A stretch of 64,000 nucleotides of DNA. Source: Zygnema circumcarinatum SAG 698-1b (taxonomy: Eukaryota; Plantae; Zygnematophyceae). How positions within the stretch are numbered: the first letter of the stretch is position 1; each line of letters begins with the position of its first letter. Position numbers and translations under genes: made by a program. A model generated the notes under the pieces. The model was given only the letters and a program-made list of their open reading frames with translations, ran no database searches and was not told the DNA's origin. Positions 14,346-27,331 of the stretch are shown one piece after another. The DNA lies in assembly GCA_037447605.1 (NCBI GenBank), contig CM074809.1, positions 1,540,689 through 1,604,688 of the forward strand, read 5' to 3'.

Positions 14346-14416
14346 TCGCGTAACGCTGTCACTTCCCTCAACTTGAAGCTGACCCTCAAAGAAACGATTC
14401 GTATCCATCTCGCGCT

Positions 14417-15313
14417 TTAGCGACCGAAGCCGAAGCCCGAGTGATACCGGGGCTGGCGGACTGGGGGGACTTTGAACAACCCAGAGCCTACTGTGACATT
14501 TGCAGCTCCACTTGTCGCTGTGGATGCCTTGCTCATCAGCAGATTACTTGCTTTCTGTCTCTCTAACTGCTCGCGCTGCGAACGTTCTTGCCTTAATTCC
14601 TCAGTAGTCTTCCTTCTCTTTGCTGACTGACCCTCTGCACAAAAGAAGCGAGAAGAAGCGAAGCGAAGAAGCGAAGCGAATCAGAAGCGAGTGAGACCTT
14701 GAAAGAATTATCGTCAACATTTCTTCAAGCCAACACTGTCTAGCGACCCTCTTTCGATATATACCAGTTCTCCACTGCACACACTCTATCGTTAGGGAAA
14801 ATACTCACGTGACTCCACTGTTGGGCGTTTCTTTGATATATCATTTCCATTGCTGCCTTCGTCTGGTGCATATGCTTGCGCTCGCCGTGCATACCATGGC
14901 TCGTCGCCTTTTCTTCCAGCACCATAGGCCAAACTGAATTTAATGTCTTCTTCCTTTGATTTTCCGTCACGAAGATCCAGCGCTTTGCTATTTTTGTGAG
15001 CCAATCCGTCACTAACCTCTTCTAAATCTTCAAAAAAGTTAATGTTTCGAGGTGCTGCTTCAGTCAGCTGTGATACGGCATCTTGAACACTCCCCTGAGA
15101 ACCTGAAGCACCGCCTTCTCCCTTCCCCAAGATTGCACGCTCCAGCAAAGTCTTCCGGCGTACCTCCGCATCACGCAGCAGCTGCCGCTTGCGCCGAGCC
15201 GCCTCCTCTTCGGCATGCTTCTCCTCATCCTGCCGAACCTTTGCTTTGTTGTCCTCTCGGTACACATTCCACTTCTTCTGCGGCAGGATGTTGAGACCGC
15301 CATGTCCACCCAT
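14417..15313 (-). CDS. LENG1: LENG1-like protein with CIR N-terminal domain (3 exons)
   Basis: MGGHGGLNILPQKKWNVY..N..KVR.DE N-terminus; INFFEDLE; EPWY; C-terminal ELRQER.QRE...YHSGF; stop at 14417-14419. Confidence 0.85.
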
Positions 15314-15450
15314 GGTGCTGCGGCGCAATCAATGACTCCCTCTTTCCCTACTTGAAAACTCGGCAGCTCATAAAGTTAAGAGCCACAGCTCCCAGTTGTC
15401 ACCCTAACTCTAAAATCCCTTACACCTAGCCTCACCCTTGGGTCACTCTT

Positions 15451-15486
15451 AACCCTAACCCTAACCCTAACCCTAACCCTAACCCT
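15451..15486. repeat. Six tandem AACCCT (TTAGGG) telomere-type repeats in a divergent promoter
   Basis: (AACCCT)6 read directly, with degenerate units just upstream. Confidence 0.9.
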
Positions 15487-16001
15487 ACAACGACGCTCGA
15501 AAAATTTATACCAAAGGGAGGGCCTTCGAATCGCTACTTTTTGCAACCGTCCGTCCGTACATTGCTGATGCTCGTTCACGTCAGCAAAAGTTTGCACGCC
15601 CTCAACCTAGTTCTTTCAAAGAAAGAAAAAAAAATTGGTCGAGCCAATCGGGACCGGTATATCGGGACCAAATTTTTCGAGGTTCCAACTCGGGTTTTTT
15701 TGGCCCCTCTGGGTCCGTAGGACGGCGGGGAGGCGGCCCTGGTCCTTACTATATTATCATATCGCGGCTATCCGCCATAGTCGACTTGCTGGCTGCTGCA
15801 CCTGCCCGCCTGCCTGCCTCGCCTGCTGCCTGCGCCCTCTGCGCGCTGGAGGGGGAGGGGGAGAGGCAGCACGCAGCAGGCGCAGCCCAGCGAGAAGGGG
15901 CCCTCCAGCCGGGGGGGCAGGGCCAAGGAAGCAAGCAGCCTCGCAAGACTAGCGCCGGTTCAACTTGAATGCAATTGCAGGTGTGAAAAGCAGAGGACTG
16001 A

Positions 16002-18747
16002 ATGGCAGCGGTGCCGACTATGGTACAGGGGGGGTGTGACTTATCGATGGCGGTCTACAGGCCTATTGTTCGTGCGAGCATTACGACTGCACCGGCTGTC
16101 CGAGGGAAGGAGTTTGCAGGGCATTTCGGGAGAAGGGAAGGCGCGGTGGATGTTGTATGCAGTGTCGAGTCGGCAATTCTTTCGTCGACTGCCGAGGGGG
16201 TTCTGAACAAGCACCACCGCGCCATAGGGATCTCGTCTAGTCAGGCTAAAAGTCCGCGAATTACAAGGCGATTGAGTAGATCACTTGCTGTCTGCACTCC
16301 AAGTATGCACAACTGGAATGATCTAGGTTTTGCAGAGAGCTTAAGGAAACATGAAAATAGAGAACCCTCTTCACTTTATTCACCTATGGATAATGTTTCT
16401 GTCAGAGGACTAGGAGTCGATGGTCGAAGCTGCATCAGCACCAGTATGCTGAATTCCAGAAATGCAGGACCTCCAGCTGGGCCCGTGCCTGGCGAGTCTT
16501 GGGCAGCCGAACAGCTTCCTTTCAGGAGCAGCACAGCTTCTGGTGGTTCAGTTTTAGCTCACAATCCTTCACGGGAAAATGCTGGCAACAGCATGCCGCC
16601 TGTAGTATCAGGCGGCGGGCCTTCCTTGACATCCCTGCAAGAGTCCTCTGCACATGCAAGAGCTATTCCAGGCTCTCAGTTGGACATTCTTGGAGGTTTA
16701 CCGAACGCAAAAGCTTTGGCTGGAAGATCGTGTCGCGTTGCGGTCGATGTTGATGAAGGTCGGTTCACTCTGATCAGTCAACCCCATGGTAATGAGCTTG
16801 GCTGAAGTTGAGTGCCCTTGACAAAAGAGACAGTGACGGCTAACTCAGGGCTTTGGCTGGAAAATAGAATTTGGAACCCTCAGGATCCTCCTTACCCTTC
16901 TCTTCTTTGCTGTACGTGTTTGCCTCTTCATCAGTGTTACATGAACATGGAGCATTTTATTCTTGAGATGCACGAGCAGTCAGGGAGCATGATATTCACA
17001 CTGTAGAGCTGGTGCTAATTTTCACACAATTTTGGGTTTCTCGTCGTTGCAGTCTTGGGGAGTTTTCTAGCTGCACTGAACATCTTCTGTGCTGAAGAGT
17101 ATTCCTCAAGCCATGAGCTCTCGGAGTTCTACGTTTACGATTTCAGAAAGGTAATAGCATCTTCTTTGAGCTCCAGAATCGTCAGGCCATGCATTTTTCG
17201 TAAGACTTTCTGTTGGTGGAAAACTAATTTGTCAAGCGAGTTAGGACAAAACGACAATTCCGTGTTTCATACTTCCTTCGCTGAATCTACTCAGCTTATG
17301 GACGTCCAGTGGAATTGATTTATTTGAGGTTTTAAATTGAAGTTGTCTGGCTTTGGGTGTGACAGATTTGGGACTGCTCACAAGCTGAAGGTGAGATTAC
17401 TGGTCAGAAGTGATGTGGATGAAGTTAACTTCTAGAAGGAGAGCATAGCATATGACAGAGCAAAATGTATGGATGAGGTCACGGCTTGATTCTGCGGCTG
17501 TTCTTACTTAAACACATCTATGGCATCCTGTCTTTCAGTGGAAAGGCTTCTTTTGACAATCTTGGTAGTAAGGAAAGTAAGCTAATGTCAAACGTTTCTG
17601 CGGGTATTGTGCAGCAAACCATCGTGTTCACGCTTTTTTCGATTCTGAGATTTTCAATAAGGGGATTCCTCCTATTCCAGGAGCACGGGAAGCTTTAGAG
17701 CGACTTTCGGACTGCTGCCATTTGGAGATTGTCACGTGAGTATATTGTCCTTTTAGGTTCTGTGCTGCTTTTGTTGCAACGCCATTGCCCTGTGATGCCA
17801 AGTGAAGTGGATCATGAATTCTATTTTTGGCTTAACTGTCTATGCTGGTTTGGTTGGGACTGTGGAGTACCTATCATGTACATTCTATTGTTGATTGGGG
17901 AGGAAGGGAAGTTCTGGTGGCTGACACGTACCAGTTATCCCGCGATAACTGCAGTAGTTTTTCTTTCAGATGCCTCTCTCCTGTTTTCCCTACTTCACAC
18001 ATATTGCTAGCTTCATCAGGCATTATGAATACTTGCAGATCTCGCCAACATGTTATTCGGCAGCCAACACTTGATTGGATTGAGAGACATTATCCGGGGA
18101 TATTTGAAGATGTTCATTTCGGGAATCACTTCGCACTCCAAGGGGAAGCAAAGCCGAAGTCAGAAATTTGCAAGTGAGGGTCTCTCCACTCATATCCCTT
18201 ATTGCTCTCTCGATCTTGAGGAAAACCTCAAGATTGTTACTGAGATGATCGTTGAGTGCATTTTTCCCACTCATGGTTATCAATTCGCGGTTTTGCTTTA
18301 TGCTTTTGCTATTCCCATTGTCAAGGAGATATGACCAATGCTCATTCATCACTGGATCCGTTTTCAGAATGTTCTCTCAATCCTTGATGTTCAGCAAGAT
18401 TTGTCGATGACTCTGCGTTGGTTGCAGTAGTCAACCCTCAGTTTGGACAAGTTTCACCTTTCTTCCTGTGGAGAGTTGACACTTGATGAGGCAGCAGCTG
18501 ATTCAGTCTGCTGTTTGCAAGTGTTTGCCGCAGATCGCTGGGCGCACACCTTCTCATTGACGACAATCCGCGGTATGCTGTGGAGTGTGCCGAGCATGGT
18601 ATCGGTGTGCTCCTATTTGACTGGGAGCTGTCCTATCCGTGGAGCAAAACCGATGGCGGGCCGGTGCATCCTCTCATCACCCGCGTGAAGGACTGGCAGG
18701 AGGTGGAGACTGCCATATACGCACATATCCAGAGGCAGCAGTTGTGA
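16002..18747 (+). CDS. HAD-superfamily 5'(3')-deoxyribonucleotidase (NT5C-type), long N-terminal extension
   Basis: VAVDVDE/VLGSF motif I; GIPPIPGA; VTSRQH; WIERHYPGIFEDVHFGNHFA; LLIDDNPRYA; VLLFDW..SYPW; GT-AG exons; probable 5' UTR intron. Confidence 0.9.
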
Positions 18748-19397
18748 GTCACGGGTATCGAACACCAATCCATTGAAGACCACATTCACACGGTAGGCAA
18801 CTGTAGGTGGTTCTTACCTTCTAAGCTTACCTTTTAACAAGTCTTTTCTTTTTGAAAAAACAAAGTGAACCATTCAAACGCGGTGATTTTTTTTTCAAGA
18901 AGTCATGAACGCCTCCTTAGCCGCTGTTTTATTTAGGAGGATTAGGAACCAGACAACGAACAAAACGTCATGTTCTCTTTTTAAGAATAAATTCCATTGA
19001 AATTGCTCTTTTTAAAGCTACGTGACCAACTCTTTCTTTGTACCCTCTTTGCAACATGCAAAGCCTGTATGGAATCTGGACCAAACAGCCAATGGTCTAG
19101 CCTTATTGGGTTGCACAGCACACAAACCTGAGCCTTTTGGCGCAGTGTGCCTTATAACTCACGTTTTCTACCGACCAACTTGTGCGTCACACAGTGTGTG
19201 GGATGCTTCAGCCTGCCATGAAACCATCCCCTCCCCTCCCCCTCTAAAACCACAATAGATCGGGATTGCACACTTCAATCCTAAGCTGTCCCAAGCTGAA
19301 CGAGCCGGCACGGCTTGCTCCTTGCACCCCTCCGCCACTTCACACTCAATTCTGAAGGCGAGTTGGGAACGAAGCAAACTCTCGTGGTTTTTCCTCC

Positions 19398-19538
19398 GTA
19401 CCGTACGTCAGAACCGATACGACCGTATGGAATCGTACGAACTTTCGTACATATCAATCGTTTCGTACAAGCAAGTAACCGTACAATTGCATCTGTCGTA
19501 CGAGTCACTGTACGGCAATATTCGTACGCGTATTGTAC
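19398..19538. promoter_or_regulatory. Cluster of 10 GTAC motifs upstream of SCI1-like gene
   Basis: GTAC at 19398, 19403, 19435, 19447, 19465, 19481, 19498, 19510, 19524, 19535; function not established. Confidence 0.5.
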
Positions 19539-19759
19539 GGCACGCAGGGCTGTCTTGTGGAAGGTGATCCCTTTTCTTTTTTGCCACGTGGACCGTCCCT
19601 TGGCTCGATATACTGTCCGCTGGATGAAGAAACGAATGTCCCCGCGCGTGTACTGCCGTCCTCTCCGATTCCGGACGGCCTTTTGGATGCCCACCTGCTC
19701 GCCTGGCGGTGGCGCTGCGGCTTGGAAGGCGGCCCTGCATCCAACAGGTCGAGGCGGCC

Positions 19760-22448
19760 ATGGGGTCGAAAAGGAGGCGGGAGGCAAGCAGCAGCAGCAG
19801 TGAGGAGGAGGACGAGAGGGAGGATGGGGGAGACGGAGACACAGGGCGGAAGCATAGAAGGCGGAGTAAGGAGGGCGAGAAGAAGAAAGGCGAGAGCAGG
19901 GAGCGAGGGAGGGGGAGGGAGAGGGAGAGGGAGAAAGGGGGGCGGAGAAAGAGGGACAGGAGCCGGAGTAGTTCGGATTCTGAAGGTATGGGGCTTCAAA
20001 CTGGTTGTTGATTTGTGCATGCGATTGCCTTTTTTGAGCTCTTTCTGAAGCTAACATCATGAAACACCTGTGTAGTACAAAGCAGTCTTATGTCCATTAT
20101 TAATAGAATTAGCCAACATATTTGAGAACACTTTGATCTCTTCAATTTGGCGATTTAGGGCTTTTGTTTTGAAATCTAGTGCAGCGTCAAATACGTCAAA
20201 TGTTTGTCCATCTCTCTTTCTCTCGTTTGTCACTCTTTACTCCGCTCAATTCTAACTGCCTGCTCAAATCCATGTGGCCTGAAGCATTATCTTCCCAAGT
20301 ACGTGGCAATTAGCTATTGTGAAACAATTGAAGTGTTGTGGGTGACATTCGCCAGAATGTGTTTTCCCAGTTCACAAGTGTGCTTGGAGGTTCTTTACAC
20401 GCCACTAGTATCCTCATATACTTTCTCTGATGTTTAATTCAATTTGAGCAGATTCAGATGGAGACAGACGCGAGAAGAAGCATAGAAAAGAAACTCGGGA
20501 AGAGAGAGAGGAGCGACGGAGGCAACGTAAGGAGCGAAAGGAACGAAAGAAAGGAAAAAGGAAAACGGGGAGAGAGGAGGACGAAGGTGATGAGGATGAG
20601 GGCGAGGAAAGAGCGGAGAGGCATAAACGACGGAAGCTGCTCAAGGAAGCCAAGAAGTATCTCGAAAGTGAGCCCCCCTATACCCTTGCTTTGGTTCCAA
20701 AGCCGTCATAGCCTGAAGAGCTCCGAGACACTGAGTAACTGCCATGCTGGAGGCTTTATTATGGTAGGGAGGACTTACAGCAATGCTGCTCTTGTGCGGT
20801 TTTTTGTCTCAGAACTTGAGCAGAAGACGGCAAAAAAAAGCAGGATGATACCTGTCGGAGCGTCAGTGCAAGTATGATGTTTTGACAACTCTGTAACTTT
20901 CCCGAGTTTTTTTTCCATGCACGCCGGGAACCCTTGCCTTGTCGTTTTTGTATTTCCAACTGTTTGGACATAGACGTTCACTTCGATTGCACTTTCAGTG
21001 CATTGAAGCAGGGCTTTCAGGTCTTAATAAGTGACGAATTTGTCATATGTGAGGGACGCAGTTCGACAAAATTTCTTCAGATGACTACTTCAACAAAAAT
21101 CAGGAGTTTGCCACCTGGTTGGCGGAGGAGAGGGGAGTGTTTTTTAGCAGCCTTTCGTCTGAAGAGACTCGTTCGTTATTTGAATTCTTCGTTGAACAAT
21201 GGAATGAAGGACGCCTGTCTGAGAAGTACTATAAAGGCATTGAGAAGGCTCCGAGAACTGGCCATGATTGGGCATTGAAAGGGTCCATGAAAGGTAATAG
21301 TTGAAGGTGTTGCCGTGCCAGATACATCCAAGCATTGACTAACGCGGTAGATCGAGTTTGTAGTTGAGTTTGTAGTCTAAGCTTTGGTGCACATACGCAC
21401 AATGCACATTTACGCTGAAAGTGATGGCTGATTGGAAAAGCACTTGTAAAACAAACTGTTCGCCTGGCGCAGGGCAAAGACTAGTTTAATTAGTTCTCAG
21501 GAAAAGTACATGTTGAAACGAAGGGTAAAGCTGAATGAGAGGTAGCTAGCCTACCTTTTATGCTGCTGCATGCTGGGATAGGAAAGGGGCGCCCACTCGG
21601 CCCATTTTGATCTACTTGACTCATTTTTTGTTTTGTATGGTGGACAGTCGACCCTGTGGAGGAGGAGGAACGACGCAGAGACGAAAGGACAAGTGAAAAG
21701 AGGGAGAGAAAGAGATCTCAAAAGGACCAAGAGATTGTTATGGAGGAGTTGGTGCCCAAGGCCACAGGTCGGGAGGCTCTTTTGGAGAAGAAGGCAGCCA
21801 GAAGAGAGGCAACTCGAGAGAGGGAGATGAGCCCTGAGCCCATGAGGGAGAGGGACATAATGGGGGGAGGAGACGATTTCAAACAAAGGTGAGCTGTGGT
21901 ATTTTGGTTCGTAAAAAGGGACTTGAGACCCATCATAACAAACAAAGCGGAGGAGAAACTATGTTGCCACATTTAGATGGCGAATTCGTTCTTTTGGTGG
22001 AGGTTTCTAGGTGCCTTGAGTCAATGTGAGGTCGAGTATGCCTGTCTGGGAATGAGGCAAGAAAAAGTTGAGGTTTAGGAGGGGGAAAGAGAGGATGCAA
22101 AAAAGGACAGACCGACTAGAAAGCGGCAATTGGAAAACGCATCTGAGGGATGCTGGGGACCGCACAAGTGAGGTGGAGGGAGATTTGGAAGGTCAAGGAA
22201 ATATTTTTCAAAAGTCTGAATGGTTTGTTTTCTTCAGAATTCTTCTCCTCTGAAAAAGTATGTGTCCTGTTCGGCTGTGCAGGCTGGCAAGAGAACGCGC
22301 ATGGCGTGACAAGAAAGCGAGCGAGAAAGCAAATGCCCTCGTGGAGAAGCAGACGGAATTTTCTGAAAAGGAGGCTGCGACTATGAACCAGTTCAGGAAT
22401 CTCTTGAATATGGCGGGGGGGCGAATAACCATTCCCAAACGGAGCTAG
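19760..22448 (+). CDS. SCI1: Style cell-cycle inhibitor 1-like protein with extended C-terminus
   Basis: Arg/Glu/Lys-rich N-terminus; DYFNKNQEFATWLAEERGVFFSSLSSEETRSLF...WNEGRLSEKYYKGI...GHDW; in-frame splices to EELVPKATGRE and TMNQFR exons. Confidence 0.8.
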
Positions 22449-23199
22449 CAATTGCTCCAGTGATGAAACCTTCTGTCTTCTTCTTCGTTCCCAGTCACCG
22501 TCTGCAATGAAGCATGCGATGGATGATATGGGGAAAGTGTGAGAGGAGAGGTGGAAGCTTTACATTGGTCCAGTTACTGGTTTATTTTCTGTATTCTTGT
22601 GGGAAAGAAACTCACAATGTGTAACCTCGTTGACCCTGAGCTGCATATAAGATTCCGTATATCGTTTGCAAGGAGATAAATTCTGTTACTATCATTCCCC
22701 ACGCTTGACAACCTCTGCTTCACATCATCCTCGATGAAAAGGCCTGTGTCAAGAAGTGAATTAAACAGAAATGCTGAGCTCTGGAAGCATACAATCGTAA
22801 GAAGTGCCCACAGAGGCCACACCCTCTCACTCAAATGCCTTAGAGAAGGGAAGGAAAGCACAAACCAGCCAGTGTAAGAAACATTGAAACCTGCGCATAT
22901 TCGTACAAACCAGTCGTACGGTTCTCAACTTGAGTTCGTACGGACCCGAACTCGGTTGGCAGTTGGCAGTCGTACGGACGGTGCTAAAGAGAGCAGGCAT
23001 TTCCCTGACTCCTATTGTTGCTCTTCGTCTTTTTAAAAAAATAAATTAGGAGAAAATTAAGAAGTAGAGGAGACGCTTTTCCTCATTGAGAGCGTCTCTG
23101 AGGCAGACGAAGGGGGAAGAAGGCGCAAGAACAGGCCTTTGATTGGAGGGTTTTGAGGACCTTATTGTCTTCTCAGAGAGGGTTTTTAGTGCAGCTTTC

Positions 23200-26100
23200 A
23201 TGGTGCGGTGTCGAACGCTGCATCCGCAGCCGGCGTTTGACCGGCCGCTTCTGCAGAAGATTGTGACGAACCCTACACATGTAACTGCTATATGGAGGTC
23301 AGACTTGCAGGGAACCGTAGGGAGAGAGTTCAATTTCAGTTGAGATTCAAGTGGATTAGTGTCCATTTGTTTTTTATTGTCGCATTTTGAGGTGTTTTGT
23401 TGTGTCTGTTCTCCCTTCCAAAGGCGAGGTTCACGACCTACGCTGCATGTGTCTGTCAAGTTGAAACGCACGGGCCGCTGAATTGCTGAAGGCTTACTGA
23501 TTAAATTCTGAAATCTCTAGCGTCATCGTGAATACTTATGCTCTATATGTGAAAGGGAACATGTCTTGCTAATCTTTTGCTGGAAGTTCTTGAATTGCAC
23601 CTACATGCTTTGCTGAGTTGTAGTCTGTGCTGACTTGATTTGAACGCAGTTACTTGTTGGCACACCCTGAGGCACCGCCCTGTGAGGTGCCAGGTCTTCC
23701 AAGACTAGCGTCAGAACAGCTCCTGCAAGGTTTTACTTCGTTGACATCGAAAGTGTCAAGTGAAAGGACCTCAGCAGACGGCTCGACTACCAAACTCCTT
23801 GTGCAACTTCAGGTGCGAGAGATGATGCTTCTAATGCTATCTTTCGGTTAAATTGCTTGTTGAAGAGATTGCCAGTTTGTCCAGGACTATCGTTCTCAGC
23901 CTTCGTATCGCAACGACACCGAAGCTAATAGCCTTGTTTGGATTAGCTCTTGAACTTCCATTAAATTGCCGACTACTACCTGAGTCGCAGCAATGTTAGG
24001 GTTGAAGGTTTAGGGTCAGGATTAGGGTCAGTATTAGGGTCAAGATTAGGGCCAGGATTAGGGTTGAAGGTTTAGGGTCAGGTTTAGGGTCAGGATTAGG
24101 GTCAGGATTAGGCCCAGGATTAGGGTTGAAGGTTTAGGGTCAGGATTAGGGTCAGGATTAGAGTTGAAGGTTTAGGGTCAGGATTAGGGTCAGGATTAGG
24201 GCCAGGATTAGGGATGAAGGTTTAGGGTCAGGATTAGAACTGCATTGGACGTTACTGCGGCAGGATTGTATAGTTTTCACCTTTGCAGATGCTGATGTTT
24301 GGGTTATACTGAGCTGGGCATACCAGACGAAGCTGGTGAGTAGTTATAGGGCAGATTGGCATTCACACGCTGGCCAAGGTTGCCCGGAGTTCACTCGAGA
24401 ATTTGTTCGTTTTCTCTGAATGAATTGACGGCCTGTTATGCATAGAATTCACAGAACGTTCATGTAGCTCACTTTGCCTGGAGTCTGTCAGGTTGTTGCC
24501 CATGCGTGGCTGGGGCTAATAGCTGAGATGGATCACTGGCATTGCATGCTATATGCTCCCGGTGAATGCCAATGGGTTTGCTCTTATGAAACCTTACCAA
24601 AGTTCTCAAGGCGGGAGTCAATTACGAGGCACAATTGCATTTGCAGGGGGCTTAGCTTTTGCTATCCGTAGGGTCAATGACAACTGATTTCATGTTTGTG
24701 GATGGACCCAGGACGGACTTTTGGTGGAAGCTGTTATTATGCGTCACAATGCTTCTGCTGGGAAATACGCGGGTGGTCAAAGGCCTGGAGGACATAGAGC
24801 AACTCTTTGCATTTCTTCTCAGGTGAGTCTCACTTCCTTCTATGTTTTCCGTATGAGAAAACTTGATCCCGCAATATGTTAATCCTAGGCAGGACTTGAA
24901 ATGACTAACGTTGAAGTTGATACAAGTTCAACCCATGACTATCATCTTGACTTGGGTCTGAGCTCAGGCAATATTCTTATCCACTCGATTCCAGTATTAA
25001 TTAAAAGACACAGTAAAGACGAATGCGCTACCGCGTATTCTGCTGTTGCGTTCTATATTGCTAAACTTTGTAAGTTTGCTGGTTTTGTTTGTGTAAGTAA
25101 ACATGGCGAAGTTTCTTGTTCGCTGCTCACGAGTTGGTTTCCCACGTTGGTTTCTGTTGTCTACTTTTGAGGAGTAATGGATGTTAAATGGGGCTTGTGA
25201 TTAGGCAGGCTGTCAGATGGGCTGCACATTTTGCGCCACGGGAACAATACCACTGAAGGGCGACTTGCTGGCTGGAGAGATTCTGGAACAATTGGTGCAT
25301 GCTCTACGGATTACTCCTATTCGCAATGTTGTTTTCATGGTGAGTTGTAACGAAGAGTGGTTCTCAAGCTTTGATTTCTCTACTCCAATCTGCTTATTTA
25401 CTTTGTAGGTAAATGGCGGGTTGCCTTTTAGTTTGGATTACTCTCTAACTAGCATGCATGCCGCCCTGCAGGGCATGGGTGAGCCTCTGAATAATTATTC
25501 AGCAGTATGCGAAGCAGTAACGGCCATGACTCGCCACCCCTTTGGGCTTTCACCGAGTCACGTCACGGTGTCCACTGTAAGCTGTGTCTCCCTTTTTCGC
25601 CCATTCACTTCACTCAATCAGTAACTGCTCGGGGTGAAGCTGACACATCTTTCTCTTGTACTCATTTGAAATTTTAATTGGAAGGACTGATTGGCCCTGC
25701 TTACATGAGCCTTGTTACGTGTCCGATACATATAAAGCTGTAAATCACAGGCAGTCCCATGTCGACATGACTTTCATTAATCCATTTGATTATAGTCACC
25801 TATTTCTCGCTGCATGGACGCCCTTCTGCTTCTTGAGTTGTGTGTTTTTAAAGGTTTTCCCTTTGCGGAGTTTTGAGGCTGAGGTCCTTTACAGTAAGAG
25901 GCAGAATGGAAGAAATGCTGTGCTTCTCAGCCCTCACTGGAACAAGCTCGGTGTGGTGTGCTCTTGCCTTCATGTCGCTGCTTCAGGTGGGCGTTGTGCC
26001 CCGGATGCTGTCATTGGCCAAGGATATGCCAGGTGTCAACCTAGCGCTTTCCCTCCACGCGCCAAGTCAGGAGTTGCGTGCTACTATCGTGCCAGCAGCC

Positions 26101-27331
26101 CGAGCCTTCCCATTGGAGAAGTTGATGGCAGCGTTGGATGCTTATCTTTTAGCAAGGTAATGATGATTGCTTGCAGCTTTGGAATAGAGCCCGGTGTGGC
26201 ACAAGCCATTCTTGAACCACATATTCGTCATCATAGCAGGCGGTGTTCGGGACTGTCATAGCACCTTGTTAAAGCAAAGTGGTGAAGCAATTCTGTAACC
26301 AAGATGGTCAGTCAGAAAATGTTTGACTCAATAGAGAGCGAAATATGAATTGCGTGGCAAATTGTAATGGCTCCATGATTGCTGCAGCTCTGGATTAGTA
26401 GACTTGTGCCACCGCAATTGAATGTCTTACATACGAGTATAGCTCGAACAGTGCGTGATGCATGAGAGAGAGTCTGCCCGAAAGGCTTCAACCAGTTTGT
26501 GAGGGGCTTGAATGGATGCAGCGGGCGGAGTGTCCTGGTGGAGTACGTCATGTTGGCTGGAGTGAATGACTCTGCGGAAGTAGCTCACCAGCTTGGAGCA
26601 TTGCTACAACAACGGAAAGTGGTATCTATCCAGACTTCCTTTCTCTTTGACGCTCCAAGAAATACAAAATCAGTTAGTAAATGCCTTGTGTTCTCTTGAA
26701 AAGGGCGACAGTTTGGCTCTGGTTATATGATTGATAAGGCGCGAGGGTGAAGTCGGATTCGCTCCTTATTTCTTTATTCCCTGGAAATATATCGGTTTCA
26801 AGGGTATTATGCCCCCTCCCCTGTAAGGAATGTTGACAAGCTGCATGCAACCCATTAAGGTAGCAGTCTCGATGGGTGTAGACTGCGTATGGAGATAATG
26901 CCAAGTCAAACACCGGTTACGGGAAAAAAAAATTGATAAACTTGGGAGGGCGTTCAGCATCCTTAAGATATGCCACTTATAAAAGTCTCGGTGAAGATGC
27001 ATGTGATCCAAACTAAGTAGAGGCATTAATTTAAGAGCTTATGAATTGACTTTCGATTTAACTGCGTTTTGCACAGGCAGTCAACCTGATCCCTTACAAT
27101 GCCACGGATGTGAAGATCAAGTTTGAACCGTCGGATCCTGAGACGGTCGTTGTGTTCCAGAAGGTGCTGCGGGAGCAGTACGGCATCCGGACCACTGTGA
27201 GGCAGGAGATGGGCTCGGATATTTCTGGGGCATGCGGGCAGCTGGTGCTCAGTGGGGTCGAGGGTAGGAAGGCAGCGCAGGAAGTCCAGGACATCGAAGA
27301 CCTTGCCATTGAAGGCCTTTCTGTTCATTAA
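23200..27331 (+). CDS. rlmN: RlmN-like dual-specificity RNA methyltransferase (radical SAM)
   Basis: TLCISSQ.GCQMGCTFC, VVFMGMGEPLNNY, NLALSLHAP, EYVML.GVND, VNLIPYN, DISGACGQL; start codon inferred. Confidence 0.92.
23996..24237. repeat. TTAGGG-based minisatellite with higher-order structure (intron of rlmN-like gene)
   Basis: 19 full units of TTAGGGTCAGGA (12 bp) and TTAGGGTTGAAGGT (14 bp). Confidence 0.92.
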
